The notes: generated by a model from the letters alone, not told the origin. 63,372 nucleotides of DNA, filler included, from Octopus bimaculoides (GCF_001194135.2; 10 parts of 9 records of this genome joined end to end with filler, not necessarily neighbours in it), one strand, 5' to 3'; shown: positions 24,865 through 38,855, counted from the first letter of the whole stretch. Numbers and translations: made by a program.

Positions 24865-25318
24865 AACAATTTGTCGTGTCTTTACGTTCTGAGTTCGAAT
24901 TCCGCCGAGGTCGACTTTGCCTTTCATCCTTTCGAAGTCGATAAAATAAGTACCAGCGAAACACTGGGTCGATGTGATCGACTAGTCCCCTCCCGACAAA
25001 TTTGAGGCCTTGTGCCTAAAGTAGAAACCATTATAAACAATTTGTAAGTTGACAATCAATAAACCAATCCTTCTCTGTTTTCTCTCTTTTTAAAACAGAA
25101 TGTTTTACAATCGTGGATTCTTTCGCATCTGATGTTGTTACAGAAGTATACGGATTATATCCTTAGTGGCATTTCGTCCGTCTTTACGTTATGAGTTGCA
25201 ATACCGCAGAGGTCGACTTTGATTTTGTTTCTTTCAGGATCGATATAAGTACCAGGGGACTAATGGTGTTGACTAAATCCCTCTCCCAAAATTTTAAGCC
25301 TTGTGCTTATTACAGAAA
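24865..25318 (+). mobile_element. Two adjacent SINE family B copies (24865-25030, 25140-25318)
   Basis: Both contain CGTCTTTACGTT-TGAGTT..GAGGTCGACTTTG and GCCTTGTGC. Confidence 0.8.
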
Positions 25319-25768
25319 ACATTATTATGGGTGCTTTCATGGCCACGTGGTTAAAAAGTTCGTTCCACAATAAAGGGTTTATTAGTTCTATCTCATTGCG
25401 CAGTATCTTGGACAAATGTCTCCCTCTATATCCTCGGATTGATCAAGTTTCTGCTACGAAATCGGGTGGAGAGAAACTGTGTGGATGGAAGCTGAATGAG
25501 CTCAAGATGACTCGATCATAATCTTTTCCACTTCAGCTAATCCTGCGCTTTTTGCAAGCTTTCTGATCAGGGATTTATTCAAAGGATGATTCCAATCTTT
25601 TCCTTAAACACTCTCGGAGTCTTGAAAAATGTAATGGGCCATTTATCACAATGATANNNNNNNNNNNNNNNNNNNNNNNNNNNNNNNNNNNNNNNNNNNN
25701 TTAATTAATTAANNNNNNNNNNNNNNNNNNNNNNNNNNNNNNNNNNNNNNNNNNNNATATATATATAT

Positions 25769-25808
<40 letters not shown>

Positions 25809-27109
25809 TAGAGATAGAGGAGGAAGGACTAAGAGAGAAAAGCGAGAACGAGAGGGTGAGGGAGACACGCACACGAATGTATGTATGTATGTTTGTATAT
25901 GTATGTTTGTATATGTATGTTTGTATATGTATGTATGTATGTATGTATATGTATATATGTATGTATGTATGTACGAACCTTAGATATACAGTAACATGGC
26001 TATGCACATCACCAGATATTCTAGATAACCCTTAAAGACACAATTGCTCACCTATTGACATACTAACTGAGAAGGTAGGCTCAGACCTAGAAATTGTTCA
26101 AGACTCGGCTAGCCAAAAGTTCCCTAGTTTCCCATATCATTCTACACACCATCGAAAACTGTTCCACCACTTTGCATCACAGAGGTTAGGAATCAATCAA
26201 ATTCAGTCCGAATTGTACATCATACATTATTGAAAGGACATCTGGTAGGGTAACAACTCATCAGTGCTTTGTTTGTTCTCTCGTTAAAACACTTTTCATC
26301 TGTGCCCTCAAAATGCGGTGGTTTTTATAGAAATGGCTAGCCTGAATCTAGGGGCTGTCTCCTATCTTACGCCTGTTGATCACTTGAAACCAATTATTAA
26401 TCCCGCCACGAAGAAACTGGAGCTTATTGCTCCATGTTGGGAGTTCAACTGATATTGTGTGTGTCCTGAGTGACTTTACTCTACAACATTAGATCGGAGC
26501 AGCTGGTTCGTCAAAATAAACTTTGAGCCTTCATTACTTTATTCAGAGAGAAAAACGTGCACAGATACACCCCCCGTATATATATATATACATATGTATG
26601 TATATATTCTGTGTGTGTCTGTGTCTGTGTATGGGCGGACGCGTATACAAATATCGGACAATGAGGATGAGTGCTGAACATCACATTGGTGGATAAAAAT
26701 TCTGTTTATGTGTATTACAATTATNNNNNNNNNNATATATATATATATATATATAATATATATATGTATGTATACATATATGTATATATATATATACATA
26801 TGTATGTATATATTCTGTGTGTGTCTGTGTCTGTGTCTGTGTATGGGCGGACGCGTATACAAATATCGGACAATGAGGATGAGTGCTGAACATCACATTG
26901 GTGGATAAAAATTCTGTTTATGTGTATTACAATTATCATTGGTTTCATGTTAAGGAAGCTTTTAACAATTATCGAGCCTATCACATAGAAAATCGGTTTC
27001 GTGTTTTAATCGAAAATGCCGACAAACACCAAGGCTCCATGTGATAGGCTTTATACTTGTTAAAGTCTTTCTTAACATGAAACTAATGGTAGCCTTAATA
27101 CACAAATAA

Positions 27110-27143
<34 letters not shown>

Positions 27144-27904
27144 CTAGCAAACACACCTGTCTTTTGGACCGTTTAAGTTGCTTTGGTGATATTTTTTCAC
27201 TATCGAGAACGTTTATGAGTAACATGGCAATCTATGTTTCCGATTAATCTAGGAACAGAAAATCAGATTGAAGGCTGGTTATTGTGGAGGTCGTTGTACT
27301 TTAATAATCACAGAACATATAATTTGCAAGCGATGCAAAGTAGAGCTGCTGAAGTATTTTGAGAGTAGATTACGGATAATGACTACAAAATATAGTTGTT
27401 TTACATGAAAATGAAATTTCTTGTCAGAAACAGCCACATAAATGGCGTAATGAAATTGAAAGAAGACGTTGAAACTCTCCTTCTGCAAGTTTATTTTTTT
27501 CAATAGCAAAGGGAGCTCTTTTTTCGGAGAGATAAACTAACAAAATCCCCTTTATTCTGTCTTCTCACATAACCTGCGCATAAACTAACTGCGAATACTG
27601 CATAAAGTTAAATTGGTATGGAACTTTCTGAAAGATACGTATAGCTTTCGCTAATGGAAGCAAAACTCTTATTTAAAGATTAATTCTGTGGGACGCATCA
27701 TATGTGATTGTTTAAAAAAGGCTAGAATGACAATGCTAAAATTTATTTGAAACAATAGACAACAGTCGAAATATCATAATGGATGGGTAAATAAGCATCC
27801 TTAAAGTGAAACAACGCATTAGAAGGTAAACAAAGGTATCAACAAACTTTGGCAAGCTTACCTTTACCTATTCTGAGTTACATCAAAGGTGATGTTCTCT
27901 TCCC

Positions 27905-28132
27905 TCTCTTCTGTTTGTTGGGGGTACAAACACAGACACACGAACACACACACATACATATATATATATATACACATACATATATACGACGGGCTTCTTT
28001 CAGTTTCCGTATATCAAATTCACTCACAAGGCTTTGGTCGGCCCGAGGCTATAGTAGAAGACACTTGCCCAAGGTGCCACGCAGTGGGACTGAACCCGGA
28101 ACCATGTGGTTAGTAAGCAAGCTACTTACCAC
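27905..28132 (-). mobile_element. SINE family C with internal microsatellite
   Basis: Head module 27985-28132 plus a (CA)/(TA) tract and GGGGG-ACAAACACAGACAC. Confidence 0.85.
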
Positions 28133-28714
28133 GAAAAAATTGTACATTTCAACCTTGGCTATGTTTTTAGGTATTTTTACTTGTAACTATTGGGAGATAG
28201 TATTTGGTTATGTAATTGTCTCAGTAATCAATCTTGAGAAGCTGGGCTTCACAAAGCCAGAAGGAATGGCTAATTAGGAATTTGTAATTACAAGCCGTTA
28301 AGGATCTGAAATAAATATTTAATATTTCAGGCGTTTAGCCTTGAAGTATATATAACGTATACCTGAGTAGACATAAAAACATCTATAGGTATTCATATAC
28401 AGGGCAAAAAGACAGATACGTACAAACCGGAAAGAAAAATAAAACGGTAAAGCCACCAGCCATCCGTTCACAAAATCAAAATGACAATGTAAACAAAGTA
28501 CCAGACTTAATCTTCAAGTTTAGTTAATATAACAGAAACAAATAGCATAAATAGATGTGAGTGGCATTTTATCAGCTTATTTCACTGTCACCCTCCACTG
28601 GAAAACACAATATTCTTGCATAAAATTTGGAGAAGAAATAACTCTGATCTAAAAGTAACTTTTGATCCCAGCAAAACAGTTAATTTAACATAGATACATA
28701 GGTATATACAGAGA

Positions 28715-28767
<53 letters not shown>

Positions 28768-29242
28768 GTGAGTACTTAGTTCGTGTTGTCTAAATTCTAA
28801 TGAAGGAGGCATGTTTTTGAGGTGTAGGCGAATTTTTTCTCTACTGTAAGAGAAATTTGAAAACTAAACCAGAAAAATATACATAGAAACACCATACACA
28901 CACACACACACATACTCTGTTTCTCACCACCATCCCCACACATTCACGCACGCACGCACACGCGCTCAGGCTCACGCAGAGGCACATATATAAAGATGGA
29001 ATGCTGCATGTGTGCGTGGGTGTGTGAAAGAGTAAGAGGGTGAGTGTGTGCAGACACCGTTTGATGTATACGCATGTAACGTGCTACCTTACAATTAAAA
29101 TACAGTCGTACAAATTATACACACGAACGGATATATACAGCAATGTGTATGCACACGCATATACGCAAACACTAGCAGATGTGTTTTCCATAATTACGTA
29201 AATATACGCATAAAGAACGAATAAAATTGAACTTAGCGGTTC

Positions 29243-29294
<52 letters not shown>

Positions 29295-30399
29295 TGTGTG
29301 TGTGTGTGTGTGTGCGTGCGTGTGCGTGCGTGTGTGTGTGTGTATTTAGTTATGTTTCGTACTTGGATTGGTGTCTTTGGGTGCTATTATGTATGTGCAT
29401 ATGTTGGTGTGAATATATATATATGTCTATAAGTAAATATACGTATGTATGTATGTATGTATGTATGTATGTATGTCTGCATGTCTGTCTATCTGGTTGT
29501 ATGCATTTATGTATGTATGTATGTATGTATGTATGTATGTATGAATGTACGGATGTATGGAAGTGTATGTCTGCATGTATGTATGTGTGTATGTATATAT
29601 ATATATATATATATGTTTTTATATATGTAATATATATGTCTACATTTATGTTTATGTGCGTTTGCTTGTATGTATATATGTGTTTCTGTAAGTGTATATT
29701 CTGTAATGCCGTGTATTTAGATTTGTGGCGGAGGGATGAAAAAGAGAGAGAGAGAGAGAGTGTGTGTGTATGTGAGTTTTCTCTGTGTGTTAGGACGAAA
29801 ATGGTGGTGGTGGTGGTGGTGGTGGTGGTGCAAGGAAGAAAGTGGGTGCGGCGACGGTGGTATTGAATAAAAACACGTGTTGGNNNNNNNNNNNNNNNNN
29901 NNNNNNNNNNNNNNNNNNNNNNNNNNNNNNNNNNNNNNNNNNNNNNNNNNNNNNNNNNNNNNNNNNNNNNNNNNNNNNNNNNNNNNNNNNNNNNNNNNNN
30001 NNNNNNNNNNNNNNNNNNNNNNNNNNNNNNNNNNNNNNNNNNNNNNNNNNNNNNNNNNNNNNNNNNNNNNNNNNNNNNNNNNNNNNNNNNNNNNNNNNNN
30101 NNNNNNNNNNNNNNNNNNNNNNNNNNNNNNNNNNNNNNNNNNNNNNNNNNNNNNNNNNNNNNNNNNNNNNNNNNNNNNNNNNNNNNNNNNNNNNNNNNNN
30201 NNNNNNNNNNNNNNNNNNNNNNNNNNNNNNNNNNNNNNNNNNNNNNNNNNNNNNNCCCCCCCCAGTGTTTAATTGGTAACTTATTTTATCGACTCCGAAA
30301 AGATGAAAGGCAAAGTCGATGGGCGAAATAGCACTAAGCATTTCCTCCAGCGCGCTAACGATTCTGCCCGCTCGCGGCCTTCATAATAATCGTAATAAT

Positions 30400-30880
30400 A
30401 ATGGTATGAACACAAACCTCAGAAAGTGGCAGAGTTGGAGACTTGGAAAATCCTCTGGGATTTCCCGATCCAAACAGATCAGGTGCTAGAGCGTAACAGA
30501 CCGGACCTAGTGGTGGTCGATAAGATGCACCACCTATGCTACATAGATGATGTTGGATGCCCCGTTGACCGAAGAATAGTCAAGAAGGAAGAAAAGACAG
30601 ATAAATGCAACACTCTTAAGTACGAAATAGCCAGGTTATGGAAAATGAAGAAGGTGAAGATAGTACCAATTATTGTTGGGTCCTTAGGAACAGTATCAGA
30701 AGCCATCAAGAGGAATATTAAAGGAAATTGGAATAGAGTGCCCGGTAGAACTGTTACAAAAGGTTTGCCTCCTTGGCACGGCCAGAATAATCAAGAAAGT
30801 ATCAGATAGTTTAAAAGAATGGGTAGCATGATACGCCAGGAGTTCCAACAAAACATGAGATAAAAAGAAATAATAATAAT
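30400..30880 (+). mobile_element. R4/Dong-clade LINE 3' fragment (RLE domain), flanked by (AAT)n
   Basis: ILWDFPIQTDQVLERNRPDLVVVDK..DVGCP..K..LKYEIARLWKMKKVKIVPIIVGSLG; AAT runs at both ends. Confidence 0.85.
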
Positions 30881-31028
30881 GATAATAATAATCGTTTCTA
30901 CTAAAGGTACAAAGCCTGAAATTTTTGTGGGGAGGGGACATATCGATTACATCGAACTCAAGGTTTCACTGGTACTTACTTCATTGACTCTGAAAGGGTG
31001 AAAGGAAAAGTCGACTTCAGCGGAATCT

Positions 31029-32070
31029 ATGCCCGGATGCAGTACCAGGCAGTGGCTCTCATGGCTTCTGATCTTAACTGATTGGAAGTGTTATCATGTA
31101 CATTGTTTTGTTTTGGTATAAAAGATGGTCGACAGCAAATATTCTGCTCACGACAACAAATTTGCTTGTCAGTTGTTTGACTTTAACCAGTTGAGCATGT
31201 CCCTTGGTGGCTGACAGTATGTGCATCTCTGATCATGAGCAGAAGTAGTGGGAGAGCATCATAGCCATGTGTTGAGAGGAATTCTTTGGGGTTTGAATAA
31301 TTCACAACTGGAAACATGGGTGTTTTGCTCAACATCCTTAAACAAACCTTATTCAAAGACCTTTCGAGCAGGATGGGCTACTCGAACTGAAGAAGATTCT
31401 AACTGGGCCTCACCTGCAAGGTCATGCGTTGTTTATCATGATATGAGATCACCATGTCACGTACATATAGTTGTGATGCATATGCCTGGTGTACCATAAT
31501 CAGACGGGTAGTCATGATGGGTATACTTGATGGGTATACTGGGCTTCGTATATTTTACCTCAGTGTCACTTTGATGGCATGCACTGCTCTCTCACTCAAT
31601 AATAATAACAATAATAATAATTTTTGCCACAGGGGCAGCTTGAGGGAAGTGGGGGATGAGTCGATTACATCGACCCCAGTGTTCGATTGGTACTTATTTT
31701 ATCGACCCTGAAAGGATGAAAGGCAAAGTCGACATCGGCAGAATTTGAACTCAGAATGTAGTGACGGGCGAAATACCGTTAAGCATTTCGTCCATCGTGC
31801 TAACGATTCGGCCAGCTTGCTGCCTTAATAATAATCCTTTCTACTATAGGCACAAGGCCTGGAATTTGTGGGGAAGGGGATAGTCGATTACATCGACCCC
31901 AGTGATCAACTGATACTTATTTTATCGATCCCGAAAGGATGAAGGGCAAAGTCGACCTCGACGGAATTTGAACTCAGAACGTAAAGACGGACGAAATGCC
32001 GCTATGCATTTTGTCCGATGTGCTAACAGTTCTGCCAGTTTGTCGCCTTAATACCAACAACAACAACTGC

Positions 32071-32105
<35 letters not shown>

Positions 32106-32420
32106 TGCCCGGATGCAGTACCAGGCAGTGGCTCTCATGGCTTCTGATCTTAATTGATTGGAAGTGTTATCATGTACATGTTTTGTCTTCGTGTAATAGA
32201 CGAGCTACAGCAAATATTCTGCTTAATACCACAGGTTTGCTTGTCAGTTGTTTGACCTTAACCAGTTTATCTTAATATGAGATCACCATGTCGCACACAT
32301 ATGGATGTGATGCATGTTCCTGGTGTACTCCTATCAGACGGGTAGTCATGATGGGTATATTGGGCTTCGTATATTTGTACCCAGTGTCACTTTGATAGCA
32401 TGCGCTGCTCTTTCATTCAG
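31029..32420 (+). repeat. Interspersed repeat family D, two copies (31029-31598 full; 32104-32420 internally deleted)
   Basis: Both start ATGCCCGGATGCAGTACCAGGCAGTGGCTCTCATGG and end GCACTGCTCT..(AAT)n; no ORF; probable retroposon 3' UTR or non-autonomous element. Confidence 0.75.
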
Positions 32421-33710
32421 TAATAATAATAATCCTTTCTACTATAGGCACAAGACCTGAAGTTTTTTTGGTGGGGAATAGTTGATTACATCGACCGCAG
32501 TGTTGGACTGGTACTTTCTTAATAGACCCCGAAAGGATGAAAAGCAAAGTCGACTTCGGTGTAAAGACTGACGAAAAGCCATTAAGCATTTAGCTTGGCA
32601 TTTCGCCACCTTATGTTATACATATATATGTAGATAGATATGCACATCAGTATTTCGTACAAGCAAATGACATATTCCAGTAGAAAACCGCCCGGAGAGC
32701 GGTGTTTGTGTTGGCATGTACAAATATGTGAAACTCATTAAGGTTAAATTAAAAGTATCGTTTGTGTTGCAGCTGCATGTCTCCCAGACTAAGTTGCAGG
32801 CATATTACTGGTTGTACCGGCATTAGATGGAAGATGCAAAATATTTTACGAACGGACATCTCTACCTAAGATCCGAACGTATCTTTGTTAACCCGCACGA
32901 CGGACGATGCGTTGCGATTATTCCTTTGAACCTTTTTCCTATTACAGCTTTCTGTGCTCTTATTCGCCGCCAGCCGCCAGACACCAAGCTGGTATTTGTA
33001 TTGGACCTGCGTTGAGCTCCACCACTGTTGTAAGCGTTCGGGTCAGGTTAGCACTTTGAAGATAACTAACTTTCTCTCTCCTTCCGATCAATTATGCAGT
33101 TCATGTAAAGGAGCATGGCTACGAAAAAGAAAACGAACTTTCGAGCCACTTGGAACAGTTCATATTCATTTCATTTATCTCTTCCGCTCTCTTACTCTCT
33201 CCTTTTCCCCTGCCTTTAAAACCTTCTCGCTTTCTTTACATGTACGCCTATCTGTGTGTTTCTGTCTCTCTGTGGCCGCTGTTTTTATCTAAGCCCTCTC
33301 GTTGTCTGACTGTTTGCCCGTCTGCCTGCACGCCTACCCTCTCACCGTCTCTTTCCCGTCGTTTTCTGTCTTCAGAATTTTTTGCTTCGTTCCAAATCCC
33401 CATTCTTAATCACCCACACGCTTGCTACTTCCTTCTACGTTAACTCCTCCGTCCTAGAATGTGTCAGTCTTTTGTCTGTCTGTCGGTCTGTTTGTCTGTT
33501 AGTCTGGCTCTCTGTGTCTCTGTCTATCTATATATGTCTCTCTGGTTATTGGCCTCTCTTCCTCTCTCCCTCTCTCTCCAAACATTACACACAAACCCAA
33601 ATAGACAGACACACACACACATTTGTCTGTGTGTGTGTGTATGTTCAACTCCGTCTCTATTACGCATGCACACGCCCGTCTGTCTGTTTGTCAGTCTGTC
33701 CCTCTCCCTC

Positions 33711-33802
<92 letters not shown>

Positions 33803-34364
33803 GCTAGCTAGCTAGCAAGCTAGCTAACTAGCTGTCTGTCTAGTTATTTATCTTCCCTATCTCCCTGTCTGTCTGTCTAGCTATTTATATTCTCTCTCTG
33901 TCTGTCTGTCTAGCTATTTATCTTCTCTGTCTGTCTGTCATCACTCTTCTCACTCCTCACCTTGCTTTACCTAATCACATATGCCTATTCTTCGGCAGAT
34001 ATACACAGTATGCACGTATATATTTATCTTTATAGCTGTATATGTGTACCTTGTACTCGCATCTACAATGTTGCACTTCTTAGCCTGAGAAACAGACAAA
34101 CCGTTAGCTTTGAAGTAATCCGAGGAGAATTACTGGACCCTCAGTTGTGGTTCCTTTGATCCCTTCTCAAGCAGCAGATAATGGTGTCTTGTCCAAGAAC
34201 CTAGCTGCAAGTCTGAGTCGTTCAAGAGGACGGCTCTGTCTTTCTCATAGAAAAACGCCGCCGTCCGTCACTTTAGCCATGGTGCGACACGGCGGCCATC
34301 TTGAGTGATTTTAATTTCTTTTTCTTTTTCGTATTTCGCAGCGATTTGGAATGTTTCTACTTGT

Positions 34365-34411
34365 AATAGATGTTAGAGAGTGATAGAGAGGGAGAACAAG
34401 GAACAAGAGAG

Positions 34412-34443
<32 letters not shown>

Positions 34444-34950
34444 AAGAGAGGAAAAGTGAGTGTAAATAGGGAAAAAGTAGAGCGAATAAGGTGAGAGAGG
34501 AGAGGAGAGAGGGACGGTGGTAGAATGGAGAGAAAAGAGAGAGAGAGGACATAGATTGGAGAGTAGGAAAGAAGGAGAGAGGACATAATATGAATAACGG
34601 AGAGGAAGGAAAATGGCGGACATAGAGCGAAGAGAAAGGAAAGAAAGAGGGAAGGATGGGAGAGATGGAGTGGATATAGAGAAGAGAAGAAAAAAGAAAG
34701 ATTGAGTGAGTGAGAGAGAGAGGGGGAAAAGAAGAGTAAATTAGAGGGAAAGAAGGAGAGATGGAAGGGAAAGAAGGAAGGAGAGTGGGGATAAAGAAGA
34801 AGTGAGGATGAATATGAGTGGGGGAGAGAGAAAAGAAAGAAGGCAAGAAGGGGAGGGGGAAGTGAATGAAGTGTCTCTGACTAAATAAAGAGAGAGAGAG
34901 AGAGAGTGAAAGAGAGAATAAATGAGAGAGAGGGGTAGAGAGAGAGAGAG
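34365..34950 (+). repeat. ~600-bp polypurine (GA-rich) low-complexity tract
   Basis: Almost exclusively A/G on the plus strand, with (GA)n runs. Confidence 0.85.
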
Positions 34951-35050
34951 NNNNNNNNNNNNNNNNNNNNNNNNNNNNNNNNNNNNNNNNNNNNTTAATT
35001 AATTAANNNNNNNNNNNNNNNNNNNNNNNNNNNNNNNNNNNNNNNNNNNN

Positions 35051-35846
35051 ATATAAATATGTTGTATTTGGGGACGGTCATATTGCCAGTTTAGCCAATA
35101 AAAACACACGCACTGTATATTTGGTGTTAATTTGCTTCAGCTTTATATTACATTACATTACATTAATCCTATTTCGGCCAGAGTTCTTTCGTCACACTTC
35201 TGTGACCTCATCAGTGGTCCTTTGCTTTCTTCTTTCTTATGTGTGTCCCACCTTGCTAACTATCAGCCATTTTGTATTTTGTATTCCTATTGTATGTGTC
35301 TACGCATGTGTATCCCTCAATGTGTGTCTATGTTTTTGTAAGTACATGTGTGTGTATGGGGAGTGCCTGTATTATCTATATCCTCTGTTGATACATGTTC
35401 GTTTATTTTTGTTTTTATTTATTTATTTCTTCATGTATTTATACCTACTTCTTTTTTTGTGTTTTGTTTTGTTTTGTTTTTTGTTTTTTTATTTTTTCGT
35501 TTTTTTTGTTGTTTTTTTTGCATTTAATTTAATTTTGTTAATGTATGTAGTATTTAATTCTATTTGTTTATCTATGTATTGTATTATATTCTGTTCATAT
35601 TGTTATCGGTTATCTATTATCGGTTATCTATTAGCTACACACATAATAGAAGATAAACCTAGCCTGAATAGGAAACTGGAATGGAACCCTAACACATACA
35701 ACAAACCCCAACAAACCACAACATATGACAATAAATTCCCCATAAACCGATAACATTATGAACAAAATATAATACAATACATAGATAAACAAATGGAATT
35801 AAATACTACATACGTTAACAAAATTAAATCAAATACAAAAAAAAAA
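35051..35846. mobile_element. Penelope-like element remnant with inverted pseudo-LTR duplication
   Basis: ~100-bp inverted repeat (35511-35610 vs 35744-35846). The spacer encodes a GIY-YIG-end-like ATHIIEDKPSLNRKLEW, and the left arm continues into a hammerhead on the minus strand. Confidence 0.75.
35176..35219 (-). ncRNA. Minimal type I hammerhead ribozyme
   Basis: Minus strand GACCA-CTGATGA-G-GTCAC-AGAAGT-GTGAC-GAAA-GAAC-TC-TGGCC: intact core, 5-bp stem II, CUC site, stem I with one mismatch. Confidence 0.8.
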
Positions 35847-36010
35847 CGATGCTGGTGTTTACGTCCCCCCGTAACTTAGCGGTTCGGCAAAAGTCAACGA
35901 TAGAATAAGTACTAGGCTTACAAAGAATAAGTCCTGGGGTCGATTTGCTCGACTAAAGGCGGTGCTTCAGCATGGCCGCAGTCAAATGACTGAAACAAGT
36001 AAAAGAGAGT
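35846..36010 (+). mobile_element. SINE family C 3' module
   Basis: CGATGCTGGTGTTTACGTCCCC..CAGCATGGCCGCAGTCAAATGACTGAAACAAG. Confidence 0.85.
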
Positions 36011-36440
36011 AAAGGAGTATATGTAATGTATGTAATGCATGTAATGTATTATATATATATATAATACACATACATACAGTCATGCACGCGCACATATTTG
36101 CACTCACATATCATGATGAGAATTTACCCGTCGTATTGCCCACAGCCTTGGACAGATGCTAGATTAATGCAAACATGTGTTTTATTTGGTGAGAAATAGC
36201 TGCGCTAACATAGGAGTAAGTTTTTCGTTCTTATACGATATATCCAGTTGCCAAATAATTGAAGACAAGTTGCCGAGTATGCCTAAGGAGATCTCCAGAT
36301 CTCGTAGTACCATCTGACTTAGTGTGTGTCCTGGCAAATAAAATATCATACCTGATGTTCGTCCCGCCTCATTTACGCACTTAATCACATATACACACTT
36401 GAATACAAACATACACTTATTATATAAGTACACATACAAT

Positions 36441-36502
<62 letters not shown>

Positions 36503-36832
36503 AGCATCTATATTTTTGCATCTATTTATATTATATACATACACTCAGACATACACACACACGTGCATACACACACACAAACACACACATATATATATAT
36601 GTAGAGTACCCACACACATATATGCGTATATAAGAATATGTTTATACAGTCAAGGTGCGTAAAGTCTTTTGTGTTAATGTCATATGTGGCTGTTCGCTGC
36701 TTTTCGGTTCACGAAAATAACATTATGCACTGATAACCAGAGGAATTGAGCATCCCCACCTACATATACATATATGTGAGCGTGCGCGTGTGTGTATATA
36801 TGTATGTATGTATGTATGTGTGTATATATAAT

Positions 36833-36938
<106 letters not shown>

Positions 36939-37424
36939 CGCCTTAAGGAATTTAGTCGAACGAATCAACACCAGTAGTTCATTCTGTTAAACTTGGGATT
37001 TATTCTATCGGGATCGTTTGCCAAACCGCTAGATGCAGGAACGTAATGAAAACAACACCAGTTGTTAAGCTGTGGTGAGGGACAAATACAGATACACGCA
37101 CACACACGCACACACACACGCACACACACACGCACACACTACCGAATCTACTCACAAGTGTTTGGTCTATCCTAGGCTACAGTACAAGACACTCATTCAA
37201 GGTGTCATGCAGTAACTTTGAGAGGAAGTGAAATAATTCTTTTAGAGAACGTTGGATCTCGATGCAGATAGAACTATAAATAATGGCGTTGTTAAATACT
37301 AGGATAAAAAGCCCCTTGATTAGAAAAAAATCGAAGGCTGCCTATGGGCTTATACACGTGCCTTTATGTGTGTGTATGTATATACACATATATATACATA
37401 CATAAACATATATATATATACACA

Positions 37425-37473
<49 letters not shown>

Positions 37474-38855
37474 CGTCAGAGACAGAGACAGACGTACATA
37501 TAATTGGAAAAAGTGATATTATTTATTCAAAACTTCATTAAATACAAGTGTCACTTATGGAAAATTATGCTTTATTTAAAGAAGTTTACTCTCAGTTGGT
37601 ACCGAAAGTCATGCATGTTCAGTACATATTCGAAAATATTACAATCATTTTCTCATATTACTTACGGATAACAAAAACAGGATGAAAATGAAGTCCAGGA
37701 ATAATCTCCCACTTGGAATACTGTAGACATTCCTTTGAAATCAGAGCTTACATTCATTGTGTTGTTTATTACTGTGAAAACTGTGTTACTTTCTTTTGTT
37801 TGTTTAAATAAATTTACCATGTTGCTTTCAGATTGGTAAACTTGCAGATTTTTGATAAACTAGCCATGATGGATCGAATTAAAACATTTGTTGCAGACAA
37901 TCTTTGCATGTGATTAACTCTTTCGTCGTTCGTTAGTCACATGAAGAAGCTTTTGGTTCATGAGCAACCAATCCATTGTCCCCCGTATAACTGATGTGAT
38001 GTACTCTGTCAGCTCTACGGTCTTATATTTTTTCATAACGATCAGACGAATGATGGCGTACATGATATTAGATGGATAATGTATCAAATTGTTATTGTAG
38101 CTCGTTGTTCTTCTACGCCTGAGGCATCTATACACTTGGTACAGATTCCTTAAGAGATTTAAGGGAGTATTGAAGAAGGTAGTTGCCTGGGAATAGTATG
38201 TGTCAAACGAAAACCAGTTGTTTCGAATTCTGTTTAATGCCTTCATTTTGGAAGAATGTTTTCAGTGTTTATTGTTGCTGCTTATTAGTTTAACTGAAAC
38301 ATTTTATATACTTCTTTATTATGCTTTGTTTCATCTGAAAAATAAAATGGGTTTCGAAAATTTTTCAGATGTTTCTTTATTGAATTAACAGTATCGTTAG
38401 ATATTCGGACAAAATGCCTTGTGGTTTTCGCTTTAGAACTTTTGTTCCATGTTCAAATTGCGTCGAAATCATTTTAATCTTTCATGCTTTAGCACGAATG
38501 TGCCGGATATTTACGATATCAAAGATACATGTGTGAGACACAATGAATCGATTACATTCGACAAAATCGAGAGCAGTGATTGCTATGAAATAACATAAGT
38601 AAAGAACATCGGAGAAATTCGAAAAAAGACCCTTTAATGCCGATGAAATACATTGAGTAAAGAGTTGCTTCATTTGAGAAATTTACAAACCATAACACGA
38701 AATCAGATACAGTTTAGTGTTGTTATGATAAATCAGAATGAATAAGTTCACTCAACATACGTATATGGGCAGATCATGACCTTATAGATACTTAGATACT
38801 CATTCAGATTCAGAAATTATCCTCTTCAGACTTAAATCTATTTTTGATGGGGAAC

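Larger units (their letters stand above)
30256..32612 (-). mobile_element. Cluster of five SINE family B copies (30256-30382, 30893-31028, 31620-31826, 31834-32049, 32432-32612)
   Basis: The family B core is repeated; all copies are on the minus strand, mostly separated by AAT runs. Confidence 0.85.

Noticed and set aside
26590-26937. ~135-bp direct duplication on either side of a 10-N gap
   Set aside because: Identical apart from microsatellite length; typical unresolved contig overlap or haplotype stacking.
27680-27905. KGDVLFPLFC, resembling R4 RT motif GDSLSPLLFC
   Set aside because: Only one short motif; flanks too decayed to support a feature.
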